Source: Octopus vulgaris (lineage: Eukaryota). Taken from it: a stretch of DNA of 64,000 nucleotides. Location of the stretch: the NCBI GenBank assembly GCA_951406725.2, contig OX597820.1:80042001-80106000 (forward strand), given 5' to 3'. A model generated the notes under the pieces. The model saw only the letters and a program-made list of their open reading frames with translations, was not told where the DNA came from and did not search any database. This document shows positions 27,135-41,984 of this stretch, piece after piece; the stretch's first letter is position 1, and the number at the start of each line of letters is the position of its first letter. The position numbers and the translations under genes were made by a program.

Positions 27135-28468
27135 TCACATATGCATACATACATACATGCACACATAAAAAATGGGACGGTCCATCTTTCAGCATAGGTC
27201 TGCTTGAATTGACCTTGTTAAACAAACAACAACGATTTTGTTCAGCTTTTCACTTGGTTAACAGCCGAGGTTATAAAAACGAAGAATGACGGCAGCACCG
27301 TTTAAAAATTATACGTTTAAATGCATACTCATAATTATTATTCGCTTACTTGGTTGTCTTATTAAGGGTTTAGGATTTAGAAAATATTGGAATATTTACC
27401 TAAAGAAAGCGGCTAACTCATCTCGTCTAAACCCGATCTGTGCGCAAAACAATTAAAATATACACAAAATTCGCTGGCAGCAGTGCTAGCTTTAAGATTG
27501 TTCCATATTTATTTCTTTATTGCCCACAGGGGGCTAAACCATAAAGGGGACAAACAAGAACAGACAAAGGTATTAAGTCGATTACATCGAGACCAGTGCG
27601 TAACTGGTACTTAATTTATCGACCCCGAAAGGATGAAAGGCAAAGTTGACCTCGGCGGAATTTGAACTCAGAACGTAGCGGCAGACGAAATACCTATTTC
27701 TTCACGACCCACAAGAGGCTAAATACAGAAGGGACAAACAAGGACAGACAAACGGTTTAATCATTGTTCTGCTAGACATCTAGCTAATATCTTATTATAA
27801 CGCCGAACTAGTTTGATGAAGGTAAGATGAGGAAACTATGGCGGTGTCAGCATCCTGCTATACAAAATAATTACATTTCATCAGGTTGTTGTTTTTCATT
27901 ACATTAGATTCATGATGCGAAAACGTGTTTATGTCGAGACTAAACTTGTTTTTGGTGTTTGTTTCGTGATACAAACCAATGGAAACGCACATAAGCACAC
28001 ACACCTAAGTACACAACTGTACAGCAACATAGTCATTCGCAGGTACATGTGTATGTAAATGCATATTTGCGTTTGTATGTGTAGACCTAAGTATATGAGT
28101 ACGCATTTATTCATATGTGTGGATATACCTTTCGCTCTTTTTTTATTCTTTGAATTCTTCATATATTGAAGAGAATGGCGGCTAAGTAATATAACAAGTC
28201 CCATCATAGGAATGCACACTAGTAGTAAATAATGGTTTCAAATTTTGCCACACGGGTAGCCACTTTTTGGGAGGGGACAAGTCAATTACGTCGACCCCAG
28301 TGTTAGACTGGTACTTAATGTATCGATTCCGAAAGGATGAAAGGCAAAGTCGACCCCATTGGAATTTGTGCTCAAAACACAGCGACAGGTGAAATACTGC
28401 TAAGCATTTACTCCAACGCGCTAATGATTCTGAGAGCTCGCCGCCTTAATAATAATAATAATAATAAT

Positions 28469-29218
28469 ACAGGACTCAAAGCAGAAACAGAGGGATTTTT
28501 AATTGCAGCACAAGACCAAAGCCTCCCCACCAGAAATTACCAAAAACATGTAATGAAAAGAAATATTACAAGTAACTGCAGAATATGTGGAGATGGACAA
28601 GAAACAATAAATCATATTATCTCTAGCTGCCCAGTCCTGGCGAAAAAGGAATATATTCACAGACATGACAGAGTTGGAACCTACATACATTGGAAGCTAT
28701 GCCAACATTATGGAATAACAACAGAAAAAAGATGGTATAGGCACACACCAGAAAAGGTCACAGAAAACGAGAAAGCAACCATACTCTGGGATATGCCGAT
28801 ACACACAGATAGAGAAATTAAGGCCAACAGACCAGATATAGTTGTCAGAGATCATGAAGGAAAAAAATGCTTTCTAATTGATGTATCAATACCGGCAGAT
28901 GACAACGTGTCTCTAAAAGAAATGGAGAAACTCTCAAAATACAAAGACCTGGAAATAGAGGTAACTAGAATGTGGAATCTGAAAACAGAAACAATTCCTA
29001 TCATAGTAGGTGCATTAGGCATGATAAAAAAATATTCAGACAAATACATAACAAAAACACCAGGACTTACAAACACATATAACATACAGAAAATTGCACT
29101 ACTAGGCACTGCACACATCCTACGCAGAACACTTTCCATACAATAACCATCAGAGCATCACAACAAATCACAGCACATACCCAAGGCACACAGAGCTGCG
29201 CTCGGTAGTGAAGTGAAA
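28469..29218 (+). mobile_element. 5'-truncated R4/Dong-like RLE LINE, cut at the duplication junction
   Basis: Open frame to 29146 with CRIC..ETINHIISSC knuckle, RHD, RPDIV..IDVSIP..KLSKY endonuclease motifs; starts in (AAT)n. Confidence 0.9.
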
Positions 29219-29603
29219 TCTCTCTCTATATATAAACGGCAGTTTGTCTGTGCGTGTTTCTGTGTGTCTGTTTTCTCGTACCCTCACTCTGACCACGGCT
29301 TTCAACCGATTCTGATGAAACTTGACACACACATAGCCCAATGTCATAATTCAAAACTAACGCAGCGAAAATTTTGAAAAGTTCCCCCAGTTCTGAAAAA
29401 AATCCATAAATTCAACATGGGGTCGAGAATCAGAAACCCAAACCACAGACCGTCTAGGGGACGCAGCTCCACCTTTTTTAACTCTCAAAAAAATTTACCA
29501 TCATTTTTTTCCATTTTTTTGCTATTTTTTGGTTATAACTCTCTAAAAATGCTTTATAGTTATTTCCCTTACAGACCTGAGCAACGCCGGGCGATACTGC
29601 TAG
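29219..29603 (+). mobile_element. Non-autonomous Helitron, second copy
   Basis: TC...CTAG, near-identical to 23949-24335. Confidence 0.8.
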
Positions 29604-29635
<32 letters not shown>

Positions 29636-29664
29636 ATGTATATATGTGTGTTTGTATATATACA

Positions 29665-29708
<44 letters not shown>

Positions 29709-31379
29709 AATTAAGGACTGAACACGAAAAAGTGGACAGTCAACATGCTAGATATAGACGTCAAATCAAACTCTGAGAACATAGACTTTTTGTGGGGAAT
29801 GGCGATTTGACGTCTATATCTAGCATATTAACTGTCCACTTTTTCGTGTTCAGTCCTTAATTGGTATATATAAATATTTTAATCTTCGGATTCTTTCTTT
29901 AATATGCTAGACCACTGGTTCTAATTGATAAATATCAATTTTTACCCTAAATTTAATGTTATATATATATATATATAATCGTTTATACGCACATATAAAC
30001 ATATATGAACGACGAAGCTACTCTCTGCTTTACCCCCTCCTCCACTCCTCCCCTCTTCTTCCTCTCCTCCTACTCATCCTCTTCCTCCTCCTCCTCCTCC
30101 CTATCTCCTCCTAATGTTGTGACTTTTGTGCTGTGTATCGGTTTAGATATTCGAGATTGTTTCCCGTATGTGCTAGAATCACGACGAATGCTCAGCAGCC
30201 ATACAGTCCGATCGAATTTCTAATGCAGCCATTCTTTCTTGCAACATGGGACTATTCTGTCTATCGAGTAGGATTTGATCTCATCTCTGCAGCGAAGCCC
30301 TCTTCCATACAATCTCTTCTCCCCTTTTGTTCTTTCTGATCAAAATTTATCCTTAAGCTAATGGTATTCTTCTCATTACAGATGATTTTCCCCCTTTTAT
30401 TCTATGTTTTCATTTATTGTGTCAAGAGGCTTTTCAAATTTGCAAAGGTTGATGCTCCACTGCCTCGCTGTAACTGTTGCAAGCCGAGACATGACAGAAA
30501 ATTACGATGAGCTCTAAATGGTAAATATTCCAGGTAGGGACTAATATGTGTAGTAAGTTAGTAAGGGACCTGGGGGTAATTACGGCGTAAAAGGGACGCC
30601 AAACCTTTAAATGCCATTTGCAACTTTGTGCAGATTGTCAGTAAAAACTTTTGCCCTTCTCAGATTCTTTAAATTCATTACTTTTTCGTTTGTATTTGCT
30701 TTATATTTCCTTCTACTAAATATTGTCGATGCAGGCAGAATTGTTAGCGTGCTGAACATATTTGAACTCTTAAAGGTAAATGCACTGTTGTTACTCTGGA
30801 GAAAAAAATCCTTTCTTGTGATTAAAAGTGTAAAAGAACCCTATCTGTCCAGGGCTAGCCCCTGTCGAATTCCCAGACGCGTTTCTAGCTCTCGCAGTTT
30901 TCAATAAGAAATACAGAAGAGAGGCTTAATTAAAGCTTTAGCTTTAACTAAAACACAATCAATAACATTGACCAAGTTGTGCCACTTCACCGCCAGGTGG
31001 AAAGAATTTCCTCAGTATCAGCGCCAAGCAGTGTTTAGGCATAAGCGAACTTTAGGTTAGTTAAAATATATTGGGACAGAAAGGGTATCAATGAGGAGGC
31101 ATGTTTTTTGTCTGAAGTCTTTCAATATGACGTCTGGCCTATTCGCATCTATCTTTCTGTCAGTTTGAATGGTGAAGTTCCAGAGGGGTAAGATGTGGTC
31201 ATTTTCAAGCACTGGAGGTGGTTTGCGTTCCCACCAACTTTTATCATGGGGCAAGTTCAGACTTTGGCAAATTACCCAGTGAATATATTGTGCAGCTCTA
31301 TCATGCCTGTTGAGATATACTGTAGGCGCAAGAAGACTGCACTTGGAGACGACATGATCAATGGTTTCATTATTATTGG

Positions 31380-31468
<89 letters not shown>

Positions 31469-31616
31469 TCTCTCTGTTTATTTCCTCGCGCTCCTTTCTC
31501 TTGAAGAGCGTAGGCTCGAAACGTAAAGGACTTTCTCACCTTCGCGAGCGTCAAACTAATACACCTGCTTGTTGTTTATACACCTGTCTTTGTCTTTTGC
31601 TTTTCTATAAATTTCA

Positions 31617-31684
<68 letters not shown>

Positions 31685-31686
31685 TA

Positions 31687-31731
<45 letters not shown>

Positions 31732-32126
31732 TGTTGTATTTAGGAATGGTCATTTTGCCAGTTTAGCCAATAAAAACACACGCACTATATATTTGGTGTT
31801 ACTTTTGCTTCAGCGTTATTTATTTTTTACATTAATCTTAATCTTATTTCGGCCAGAGTTCTTTCGTCATACTCCTATGACGGCATCAGTGGTCCTTTGC
31901 TTTCTTCTTTCTTATTTGTGTGTCTTTCCTTACTAACGGTGAGCCATTTTGTATTTTGTATTTCTATTGTGTGTCTTCATTTGCGCATGCGTTTACCTCT
32001 ATGTGTGTCTATGTTTAGTTAGTGTGTGTATGTGGGGAAGTGCCTGTAATATTTGTATCTCTTGTTTATATACGTTCGTGTAATTTGTTTTTGTTTATTT
32101 TATTTTCTTCATGTGTTTACACCTAC

Positions 32127-32181
<55 letters not shown>

Positions 32182-32299
32182 CATCATTATTATGTATGTA
32201 TGTATATAATAATAATAATAATAATAATATACGCATGCGCAAGTGAAGATACATACAATAGAAATACAGAACTCTCTCTCTATATATATATAAATACAA

Positions 32300-32408
<109 letters not shown>

Positions 32409-33646
32409 TCACATATGCATACATACATACATGCACACATAAAAAATGGGACGGTCCATCTTTCAGCATAGGTCTGCTTGAATTGACCTTGTTAAACAAA
32501 CAACAACGATTTTGTTCAGCTTTTCACTTGGTTAACAGCCGAGGTTATAAAAACGAAGAATGACGGCAGCACCGTTTAAAAATTATACGTTTAAATGCAT
32601 ACTCATAATTATTATTCGCTTACTTGGTTGTCTTATTAAGGGTTTAGGATTTAGAAAATATTGGAATATTTACCTAAAGAAAGCGGCTAACTCATCTCGT
32701 CTAAACCCGATCTGTGCGCAAAACAATTAAAATATACACAAAATTCGCTGGCAGCAGTGCTAGCTTTAAGATTGTTCCATATTTATTTCTTTATTGCCCA
32801 CAGGGGGCTAAACCATAAAGGGGACAAACAAGAACAGACAAAGGTATTAAGTCGATTACATCGAGACCAGTGCGTAACTGGTACTTAATTTATCGACCCC
32901 GAAAGGATGAAAGGCAAAGTTGACCTCGGCGGAATTTGAACTCAGAACGTAGCGGCAGACGAAATACCTATTTCTTCACGACCCACAAGAGGCTAAATAC
33001 AGAAGGGACAAACAAGGACAGACAAACGGTTTAATCATTGTTCTGCTAGACATCTAGCTAATATCTTATTATAACGCCGAACTAGTTTGATGAAGGTAAG
33101 ATGAGGAAACTATGGCGGTGTCAGCATCCTGCTATACAAAATAATTACATTTCATCAGGTTGTTGTTTTTCATTACATTAGATTCATGATGCGAAAACGT
33201 GTTTATGTCGAGACTAAACTTGTTTTTGGTGTTTGTTTCGTGATACAAACCAATGGAAACGCACATAAGCACACACACCTAAGTACACAACTGTACAGCA
33301 ACATAGTCATTCGCAGGTACATGTGTATGTAAATGCATATTTGCGTTTGTATGTGTAGACCTAAGTATATGAGTACGCATTTATTCATATGTGTGGATAT
33401 ACCTTTCGCTCTTTTTTTATTCTTTGAATTCTTCATATATTGAAGAGAATGGCGGCTAAGTAATATAACAAGTCCCAGTGTTAGACTGGTACTTAATGTA
33501 TCGATTCCGAAAGGATGAAAGGCAAAGTCGACCCCATTGGAATTTGTGCTCAAAACACAGCGACAGGTGAAATACTGCTAAGCATTTACTCCAACGCGCT
33601 AATGATTCTGAGAGCTCGCCGCCTTAATAATAATAATAATAATAAT

Positions 33647-34418
33647 ACAGGACTCAAAGCAGAAACAGAGGGATTTTTAATTGCAGCACAAGACCAAAGC
33701 CTCCCCACCAGAAATTACCAAAAACATGTAATGAAAAGAAATATTACAAGTAACTGCAGAATATGTGGAGATGGACAAGAAACAATAAATCATATTATCT
33801 CTAGCTGCCCAGTCCTGGCGAAAAAGGAATATATTCACAGACATGACAGAGTTGGAACCTACATACATTGGAAGCTATGCCAACATTATGGAATAACAAC
33901 AGAAAAAAGATGGTATAGGCACACACCAGAAAAGGTCACAGAAAACGAGAAAGCAACCATACTCTGGGATATGCCGATACACACAGATAGAGAAATTAAG
34001 GCCAACAGACCAGATATAGTTGTCAGAGATCATGAAGGAAAAAAATGCTTTCTAATTGATGTATCAATACCGGCAGATGACAACGTGTCTCTAAAAGAAA
34101 TGGAGAAACTCTCAAAATACAAAGACCTGGAAATAGAGGTAACTAGAATGTGGAATCTGAAAACAGAAACAATTCTTATCATAGTAGGTGCATTAGGCAT
34201 GATAAAAAAATATTCAGACAAATACATAACAAAAACACCAGGACTTACAAACACATATAACATACAGAAAATTGCACTACTAGGCACTGCACACATCCTA
34301 CGCAGAACACTTTCCATACAATAACCATCAGAGCATCACAACAAATCACAGCACATACCCAAGGCACACAGAGCTGCGCTCGGTAGTGAAGTGAAAGCAC
34401 GCTATAAAAATAGAACTA

Positions 34419-34469
<51 letters not shown>
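33647..34469 (+). mobile_element. 5'-truncated R4/Dong-like RLE LINE with complete 3' UTR and (AAT)n tail
   Basis: Same ORF (stop 34324); empty site visible at 36468-36512. Confidence 0.9.
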
Positions 34470-35783
34470 CCTTTCTACAATAGGCACAAGGCCTGAAATT
34501 TGGGGTTAGGGAACTGGTTGATTGCATCGACCGCAGTGTTTCACTGGTACTTAATTCATAGACCCTGAAACGATGAAAGACAAAGTCGATCCCGGCAAAA
34601 TTTGAACTCAGAATATAGCGACAGTCAAAATTCCGCTAAGCATTTCGCCCGGTGTGCTAACGATTCTGCCAGCCTCACCGCCTTAACACCAACAATAATA
34701 ATAATTGTTTCAAAATTTGCCACAAGGGCAGCAATTTCGGTGGAAAAGGTTAAGTCAATTACAACAACCTCGGTGCTCAACTGGTACTTAATTTATCGAC
34801 TCTGAAAGGATGAAAGTCAGAGTCGACCTCGTTGGAATTTGAATGTAGAACGTAGCGACGGGCGAAATACCGCTAAGCATTTTGTCCGCTGCGTTAACAA
34901 TTCTTCTAGCTCGTAGCCTTCAGAGCAGCAGTAAATAATTATATGTTGAACTGATGAAAAAATGTCTGGTGTATTTACGTTACTTTGCTTCCAGATCGAA
35001 TTTATACAATATGAAATGGTGTCTTTGCGTAAAAAGCCCAAACCTTTCATAGCATTAATCTCTAAATAGGATGGCTAAGTGCACCATTGAAGATTTATTC
35101 GTAATTCCATGGAACAGCCATAGAAAAAAATGTAGCAGTCAATTCCGAAAAGTATCAAAGCTGTGATTGGTGCCAAAGGGGGACCAACATCGTTTCCGTT
35201 TAACCTGTGGCGTAGTAAGGGTTATCAGCGCCGGGAGTTTAAGACACTTCTGGCGCCCCCATGTTAATTAACAGGCATTAGCAGAAAAAAATTTATGTCA
35301 CCTCACATTACACGCCCTGGGAGTCTGCCTACCTTGCCTCACTCTTGCTAAGCCTCGGAACTTAAGAACGTTTTCTCCTGTACAAAAAATTGCCGAAAGA
35401 GATGTACTTGAAATCATACTCTTTCAAGTTACAAAACATTGACCATACAAAACTTTAGACCATACAAAAGGTCTTACTTTCTACTGGACTTTCCTCTTTT
35501 CCTCTGTTTCTGAAGAGCGTTGCTGAACACGTTAAACCATCTTTCTTTCCTTACCTGAGCGTCTGCTAATACTTTACATGTACCACGTCCTCTCGTTGTT
35601 GTTTTTGTGTTTGTTCTTCGTTTTTGAGATTTACTTGATATATATATATGTATGTATGTATGTATATATACTACAACATAGAAATGATGTAGGAATATAC
35701 TTTGCTTAAGAACATTAACAAATTATGAAATAATATATTTTGTTATATTATATTACGTAATCCTAGTGTATGTATTTAATCAA

Positions 35784-36465
35784 TGTTCTGCTAGACATCT
35801 AGCTAATATCTTATTATAACGCCGAACTAGTTTGATGAAGGTAAGATGAGGAAACTATGGCGGCATCAGCATCCTGCTATACAAAATAATTACATTTCAT
35901 CAGGTTGTTGTTTTTCATTACATTAGATTCATGATGCGAAAACGTGTTTTTGTCGAGACTAAACTTGTTTTTGGTGTTTGTTTCGTGATACAAACCAATG
36001 GAAACGCACATAAGCACACACACCTAAGTACACAACTGTACAGCAACATAGTCATTCGCAGGTACATGTGTATGTAAATGCATATTTGCGTTTGTATGTG
36101 TAGACCTAAGTATATGAGTACGCATTTATTCATATGTGTGGATATACCTTTCGCTCTTTTTTTATTCTTTGAATTCTTCATATATTGAAGAGAATGGCGG
36201 CTAAGTAATATAACAAGTCCCATCATAGGAATGCACACTAATAGTAAATAATGGTTTCAAATTTTGCCACACGGGTAGCCACTTTTTTGTGAGGGGACAA
36301 GTCAATTACATCGACCCCAGTATTAGACTGATACTTAATGTATCGACTCCGAAAGGATGAAAGGCAAAGTCGACCCCATTGGAATTTGTGCTCAAAACAC
36401 AGCGACAGGTGAAATACTGCTAAGCATTTCCTCCAACGCGCTAACGATTCTGCCAGCTCGCCGCC

Positions 36466-36512
<47 letters not shown>

Positions 36513-37307
36513 CCTTTCTACAATAGGCACAAGGCCTGAAATTTGGGGTTAGGGAACTGGTTGATTGCATCGACCGCAGTGTTTCACTGGTACTTAATTC
36601 ATAGACCCTGAAACAATGAAAGACAAAGTCGATCCCGGCAGAATTTGAACTCAGAATATAGCGACAGTCAAAATTCCGCTAAGCATTTCGCCCGGTGTGC
36701 TAACGATTCTGCCAGCCTCGCCGCCTTAACACCAACAATAATAATAATTGTTTCAAAATTTGCCACAAGGGCAGCAATTTCGGTGGAAAAGGTTATGTCA
36801 ATTACAACAACCCCAGTGCTCAACTGGTACTTAATTTATCGACTCTGAAAGAATGAAAGTCAAAGTCGACCTCGTTGGAATTTGAATGTAGAACGTAGCG
36901 ACGGGCGAAATACCGCTAAGCATTTTGTCCGCTGCGTTAACAATTCTTCTAGCTCGTAGCCTTCAGAGCAGCAGTAAATAATTATATTGATTGATTGATT
37001 CTAGTTTCAGCTCACGAGCTGTGGCTATGCTGGGGCACCGCCATTTTGTTGAATTAATGAAAAAATGTCTGGTATATTTTCATTACTTTGCTTCCAGATC
37101 GAATTTATACAATATGAAATGGTATCTTTGCGTAAAAAGCCCAAACCTTTCATAGCATTAATCTCTAAATAGGATGGCTAAGTGCATCATTGAAGATTTA
37201 TTCGTAATTCCATCGAACAGCCATTGAAAAAAATGTAGCAGTCAATTCCGAAAAGTATCAAAGATGTGATTGGTGCCAAAGGGGGACCAACATCGTTTCC
37301 ATTTAAC
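35784..37307. repeat. Older paralogous copy of 33038-35203 lacking the LINE
   Basis: Collinear from GTTCTGCTAGACATC to CATCGTTTCC. Confidence 0.9.
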
Positions 37308-37488
37308 AAGGCGTTTCATTTATATTCTCAATCTTTTATTTGTTTCCGTCATTAGACTGCGGTCATGCTGGAGCATTGCCTCGAAGAGATTTTTAGTCGA
37401 ACGAGTCGACTACTTTTTTTTTAAAGCTTGGTACCTATTTTGTAGGTCTCGTCTGTCGACCTCGGTGGAAATTGAAATCAGAATGTAC

Positions 37489-37588
<100 letters not shown>

Positions 37589-37605
37589 CTCTCTCTATCT
37601 ATCTC

Positions 37606-37703
<98 letters not shown>

Positions 37704-37776
37704 ATGACTGAGCGCCCTCGCGTCGATTCGATTAGATTCGTTCGTTTCGTTTCGTTCTTCTTCTCCAAGTACTGTT

Positions 37777-37809
<33 letters not shown>

Positions 37810-38526
37810 AATTGCTTTATTTAAGATTGCTAGTGTTAACAATTTATTTTTTGCTGAGGGTGAAAGTGGTAACAAAAACAAGACAGTGAGAACAAAACAG
37901 TAAAAACAAAGGGTGAGGGCTGTAATGTGAAGTGGTGAACGCTGGAAAAACGAGCTTTGAGAAGAGACAGATAAAAGCACGTCTTGTCTTTAGGAATTGG
38001 AAGAATGCTTCATTTTAACAGATGATAGCCGTCCCATCAATACATACCACACCCAATCACACAGTACAATCACTCTGTTGATGAGCCCTTAGATGACTTT
38101 TAAGATCAGCTGCTGACTGACAGGGTTTAAAACACAAATGACATATTGCTTCAAGTTTCTTCTACATCTTTGCCCTTTGGAATATGGTTCTGAAGGAAAG
38201 GTTTTGTGAAGCTTAAAAGGTTCACAAAACTTTTGCCTTTAAGTCCATATAATGTCTTACAAGTTTTGTGACATATGACACAAGTCGAAAGAGGCGGTTG
38301 GTGTCTAAGATTATTACATACCTGGACATACATACATACATACAGACATACAGACAGACAGACATACTTGCATATGTATACCCTGTAAGTAATCTTACTG
38401 GAAACAGCACATGTATATGTATAAATACACACACCTTGCTAAATATAGTAAATTTTATTTAACACGCGGTGTACCATTTGTCTAAATACTTAATGTGTTA
38501 TAAATATCAATAAATATATTATAAAT

Positions 38527-38574
<48 letters not shown>

Positions 38575-39528
38575 AGAAGAAGAAGAAGAAGAAGAAGAAG
38601 AAGAAGAAGAAGAAGAAGAAGAAGAAGAAGAAGATTGAGAGAGAGAGAGAGCGAGAGAGAAAGAGAAAGAGAGACAGAGAGAAGGAAGGAGAAAGAGAGA
38701 GTCTAACGATACCGACTAAACTCCGGCAAGAAATTGCAGACCTTTTGCCTATGTTATACAAAGCATATTATACAAAATTTATAGGAAACATGTGTGCGTA
38801 TGCGTGCGTGTGTCTGTGTCTGTGTCTGTGAGAGGGAGTGAGAGGGGGAGAGGGGGGAGAAGGTGGAATTCGATATATATTTTCATCTGGAACGGTTTCA
38901 ATGAATAGGTCTGCCAGTTTTTCAATGGACAAAATAACTCATTTATTGAATTATAATAGAAGCGTCTCATTATTATTGTACAGGCACATGTACTCTTACC
39001 GTGTTCTTGAAGAGAAACCAGCAGCCCGTGAAAGTGTCTCTGAAAAGATGACTTCTTCAAATTAGAGGTATATTTGCGGCTCCGAGCTGGCGGAATTGAA
39101 TAGCAAGCCGGGCGCAATGCTTAGAAGTATTTCATCTGCTTCTTTAGTCTCTGAGATCAAATCTTGTATGTCTGTGTCTCTATTGCGTCACTCTTTAATA
39201 CAGTCATTGCATGACTTCCTCAACCATTGCCCACGTTTTATATAACTTTGCTTCGTCTAGCATTACTATGGTGTAACACCTATGCTTTAAATGTATATTT
39301 TATTGTATGTGTTAATAAAGGTATTAAATTTTATTATTGTTCCATGTGGTGCTGCACGCTTGGCTGTAGTTTAAAGCTTTCTGAAACACAGCAGGTTGTC
39401 TATATGATAAAGTTAAGAACCCACCACTTAGCATTTTCCGGAGATCGAAGAGTAATCCCCTGCAACACTTCTAACGGTACGCGCCGATTCCTAAAGAGAG
39501 AGAGAGAGAGAGATAGAGAGAGAGAGAA

Positions 39529-39598
<70 letters not shown>

Positions 39599-40026
39599 AA
39601 AAATAATTTATCTACACGAGAATGTTGAAAGGCATGTTTCAGATCAGCGGTATTTGAACTCGGAGCACAGAATACCGGAACTAATATCACTAAAACGTCG
39701 TTCTAGAAACGCTTGAAATATGCTGTGTGATTAGGTTTTGTTCTGAGCTAATTAGTTCTCCCAGCGGAGTTCAGTCTGAAACACTTGACTAAGAATCAAT
39801 AAATAATATTTTCCTCAATAATTACTTCCCGCATGATTTTAATCGGTGTTACTTACGATTCTAAAGTACACGTGTATGTAATGGTGGTGCTATTACTAAC
39901 ACGGTTCGTCAGTTGTTCGAATAAATCTTTAAAAGTGCATGTTTTGCTGAGCTTAATGTTAAGCAATGTTCTTCTCAATATATTTTCGGTTCTCTGATTA
40001 TACGGCATATCATTTCCTTTCGATAA

Positions 40027-40618
40027 GGCGGCGAGCTGGCAGAAACGTTAGCACGCCGGGCGAATGCTTCGCCGTATTTTGTCTGTCTTTATGTTCTGAG
40101 TTCAAATTCCGCTGAGATCGACTTTGCCTTTCATCCTTTCGGGGTCGATTAAATAAGTACCAGTTACGCACTGGGGTCGATATAATCGACTTAATCCGTT
40201 TGTCTCTCCTTGTTTGTCCTCTCTGTGTTTAGCTCCTTGTGGGTAGTAAAGAAATAGGTATTTCGTCTGCCGCTACGTTCTGAGTTCAAATTCCGCCGAG
40301 GTCGACTTTGCCTTTCATCCTTTCGAGGTCGATTAAATAAGTACCAGTTACGCACTGGGGTCGATATAATCGACTTAATCCGTTTGTCTCTCCTTGTTTG
40401 TCCTCTCTGTGTTTAGCTCCTTGTGGGTAGTAAAGAAATAGGTATTTCGTCTGCCGCTACGTTCTGAGTTCAAATTCCGCCGAGGTCGACTTTGCCTTTC
40501 ATCCTTTCGAGGTCGATTAAATAAGTACCAGTTACACACTGGGGTCGATATAATCGACTTAATCCGTTTGTCTGTTTGTCCCCTCTGTGTGTAGCCCCTT
40601 GTGGGCAATAAAGAAATA
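40027..40618 (+). mobile_element. SINE family B with three tandem 184-bp body units
   Basis: Unit starts at 40074, 40258 and 40442. Confidence 0.9.
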
Positions 40619-41410
40619 TCATTTCCCTTCAATCCTAATTTCTGATCGTTGATTAATGTTACGTGTGTATGTGTGCGTGTGTGTGTAATATATAGTTTAC
40701 ATACATTCTTACATACATACATAATACACAAACACACACAGATCTGAAGAATACCTTATGTCAGTGCAACAGCTTCAAAATACAAGTCCAGCAAGAACAA
40801 TCACATACATTCTTTTAATAACAAACACATGTTACATAATTCATCGTTACTACAATACATTAGGGCAGAAATATCAATTACTCTATATTATGGTTGATTA
40901 TTTCTACCACACTTCCTCATAAAGAGAGCGAGCAGGGAGCAGTAATCCGTTTTGCATGGGGGTATTAAAAATCATAGGATGTAATGCTGAATTTAACAAA
41001 GGTAACGAATGGTTGATTAGTTCTTCACAGCAGTTTAATAAAACGTGTTTAAAAATTCCATTTAGCTAACTTATAGGATATTCATCTTGATTTGTACATA
41101 ATAATCTTAATGATATATATTTACCCTGACGATATCATGTTACATAATATATTATGCTATATCATATAGTACTATACATTATATATCATATATTATACAT
41201 TATAAATTATATGCAGTTGTGCATATATAATTATATATATATATATATATACTTCTACCCTACCAAGAACTCACAACGACCTCGAACACACAAGTGCTAA
41301 CAAGGGAGTCAGAGAAAGGCAGAATGCCACTTATATCTGAACACTACTATAGAAATATTCCTTTAAAAAAACTTTTCTTCTAATTTTTCTAAATTTAATT
41401 ATTTAATCGT

Positions 41411-41453
41411 TACAGTTGAAAAGGTCTCAAAATGACCGAAACCGGTACTGAAA
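41411..41453 (+). ncRNA. Type I hammerhead-like motif, U3-A8 variant
   Basis: CAG-TTGAAAA-GGTC TCAAAAT GACC-GAAA-CCGGT-A-CTG. Confidence 0.65.
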
Positions 41454-41536
41454 TGTTCACTATAAAATTATTTTAGCATTTTCTATTCTGACTTGTTTTT
41501 TCATATATATCAACTCGTGTGTTCCTTTTCACCCTT

Positions 41537-41623
<87 letters not shown>

Positions 41624-41690
41624 CACACACACTCACACACACACATATATACATTTTTATATACTTCATTTGAAAGCAGCATAAATATAA

Positions 41691-41739
41691 CAAATGCTGT
41701 TACTCAGAGTTTCACGTTCCCGTTCGTCGGACAGTTTTG
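41691..41739 (-). ncRNA. Type I hammerhead-like motif, U4C variant
   Basis: Minus strand CTGT-CCGACGA-ACG GGAA CGT-GAAA-CTCTGAGT-A-ACAG. Confidence 0.65.
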
Positions 41740-41908
41740 TTAAAATAGAACAGAAATAACGATATGATCAAAACTAGTTAAAGGATACGCCTTTAAAAAT
41801 GGATTTGTTTCATTGGACCTTTCACATAACGAGAAACAAAATATTACTCTAACTCTGGTATTTGAGTACTCTTTTTTCCACCTTGTTTCACATTTATTTG
41901 CTTACGCC

Positions 41909-41978
<70 letters not shown>

Positions 41979-41984
41979 TAATCC

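Noticed and set aside
28337-29146. 269-aa ORF (and 33515-34324) as a host gene
   Set aside because: The N-terminus is antisense SINE B plus (AAT)n; the rest is a truncated LINE
38076-38135. Hammerhead (TTGATGAG-CCCT..AGGG)
   Set aside because: No GAAA or cleavage triplet after stem II
40074-40618. CRISPR-like array
   Set aside because: Units are contiguous with no unique spacers, in a eukaryotic context
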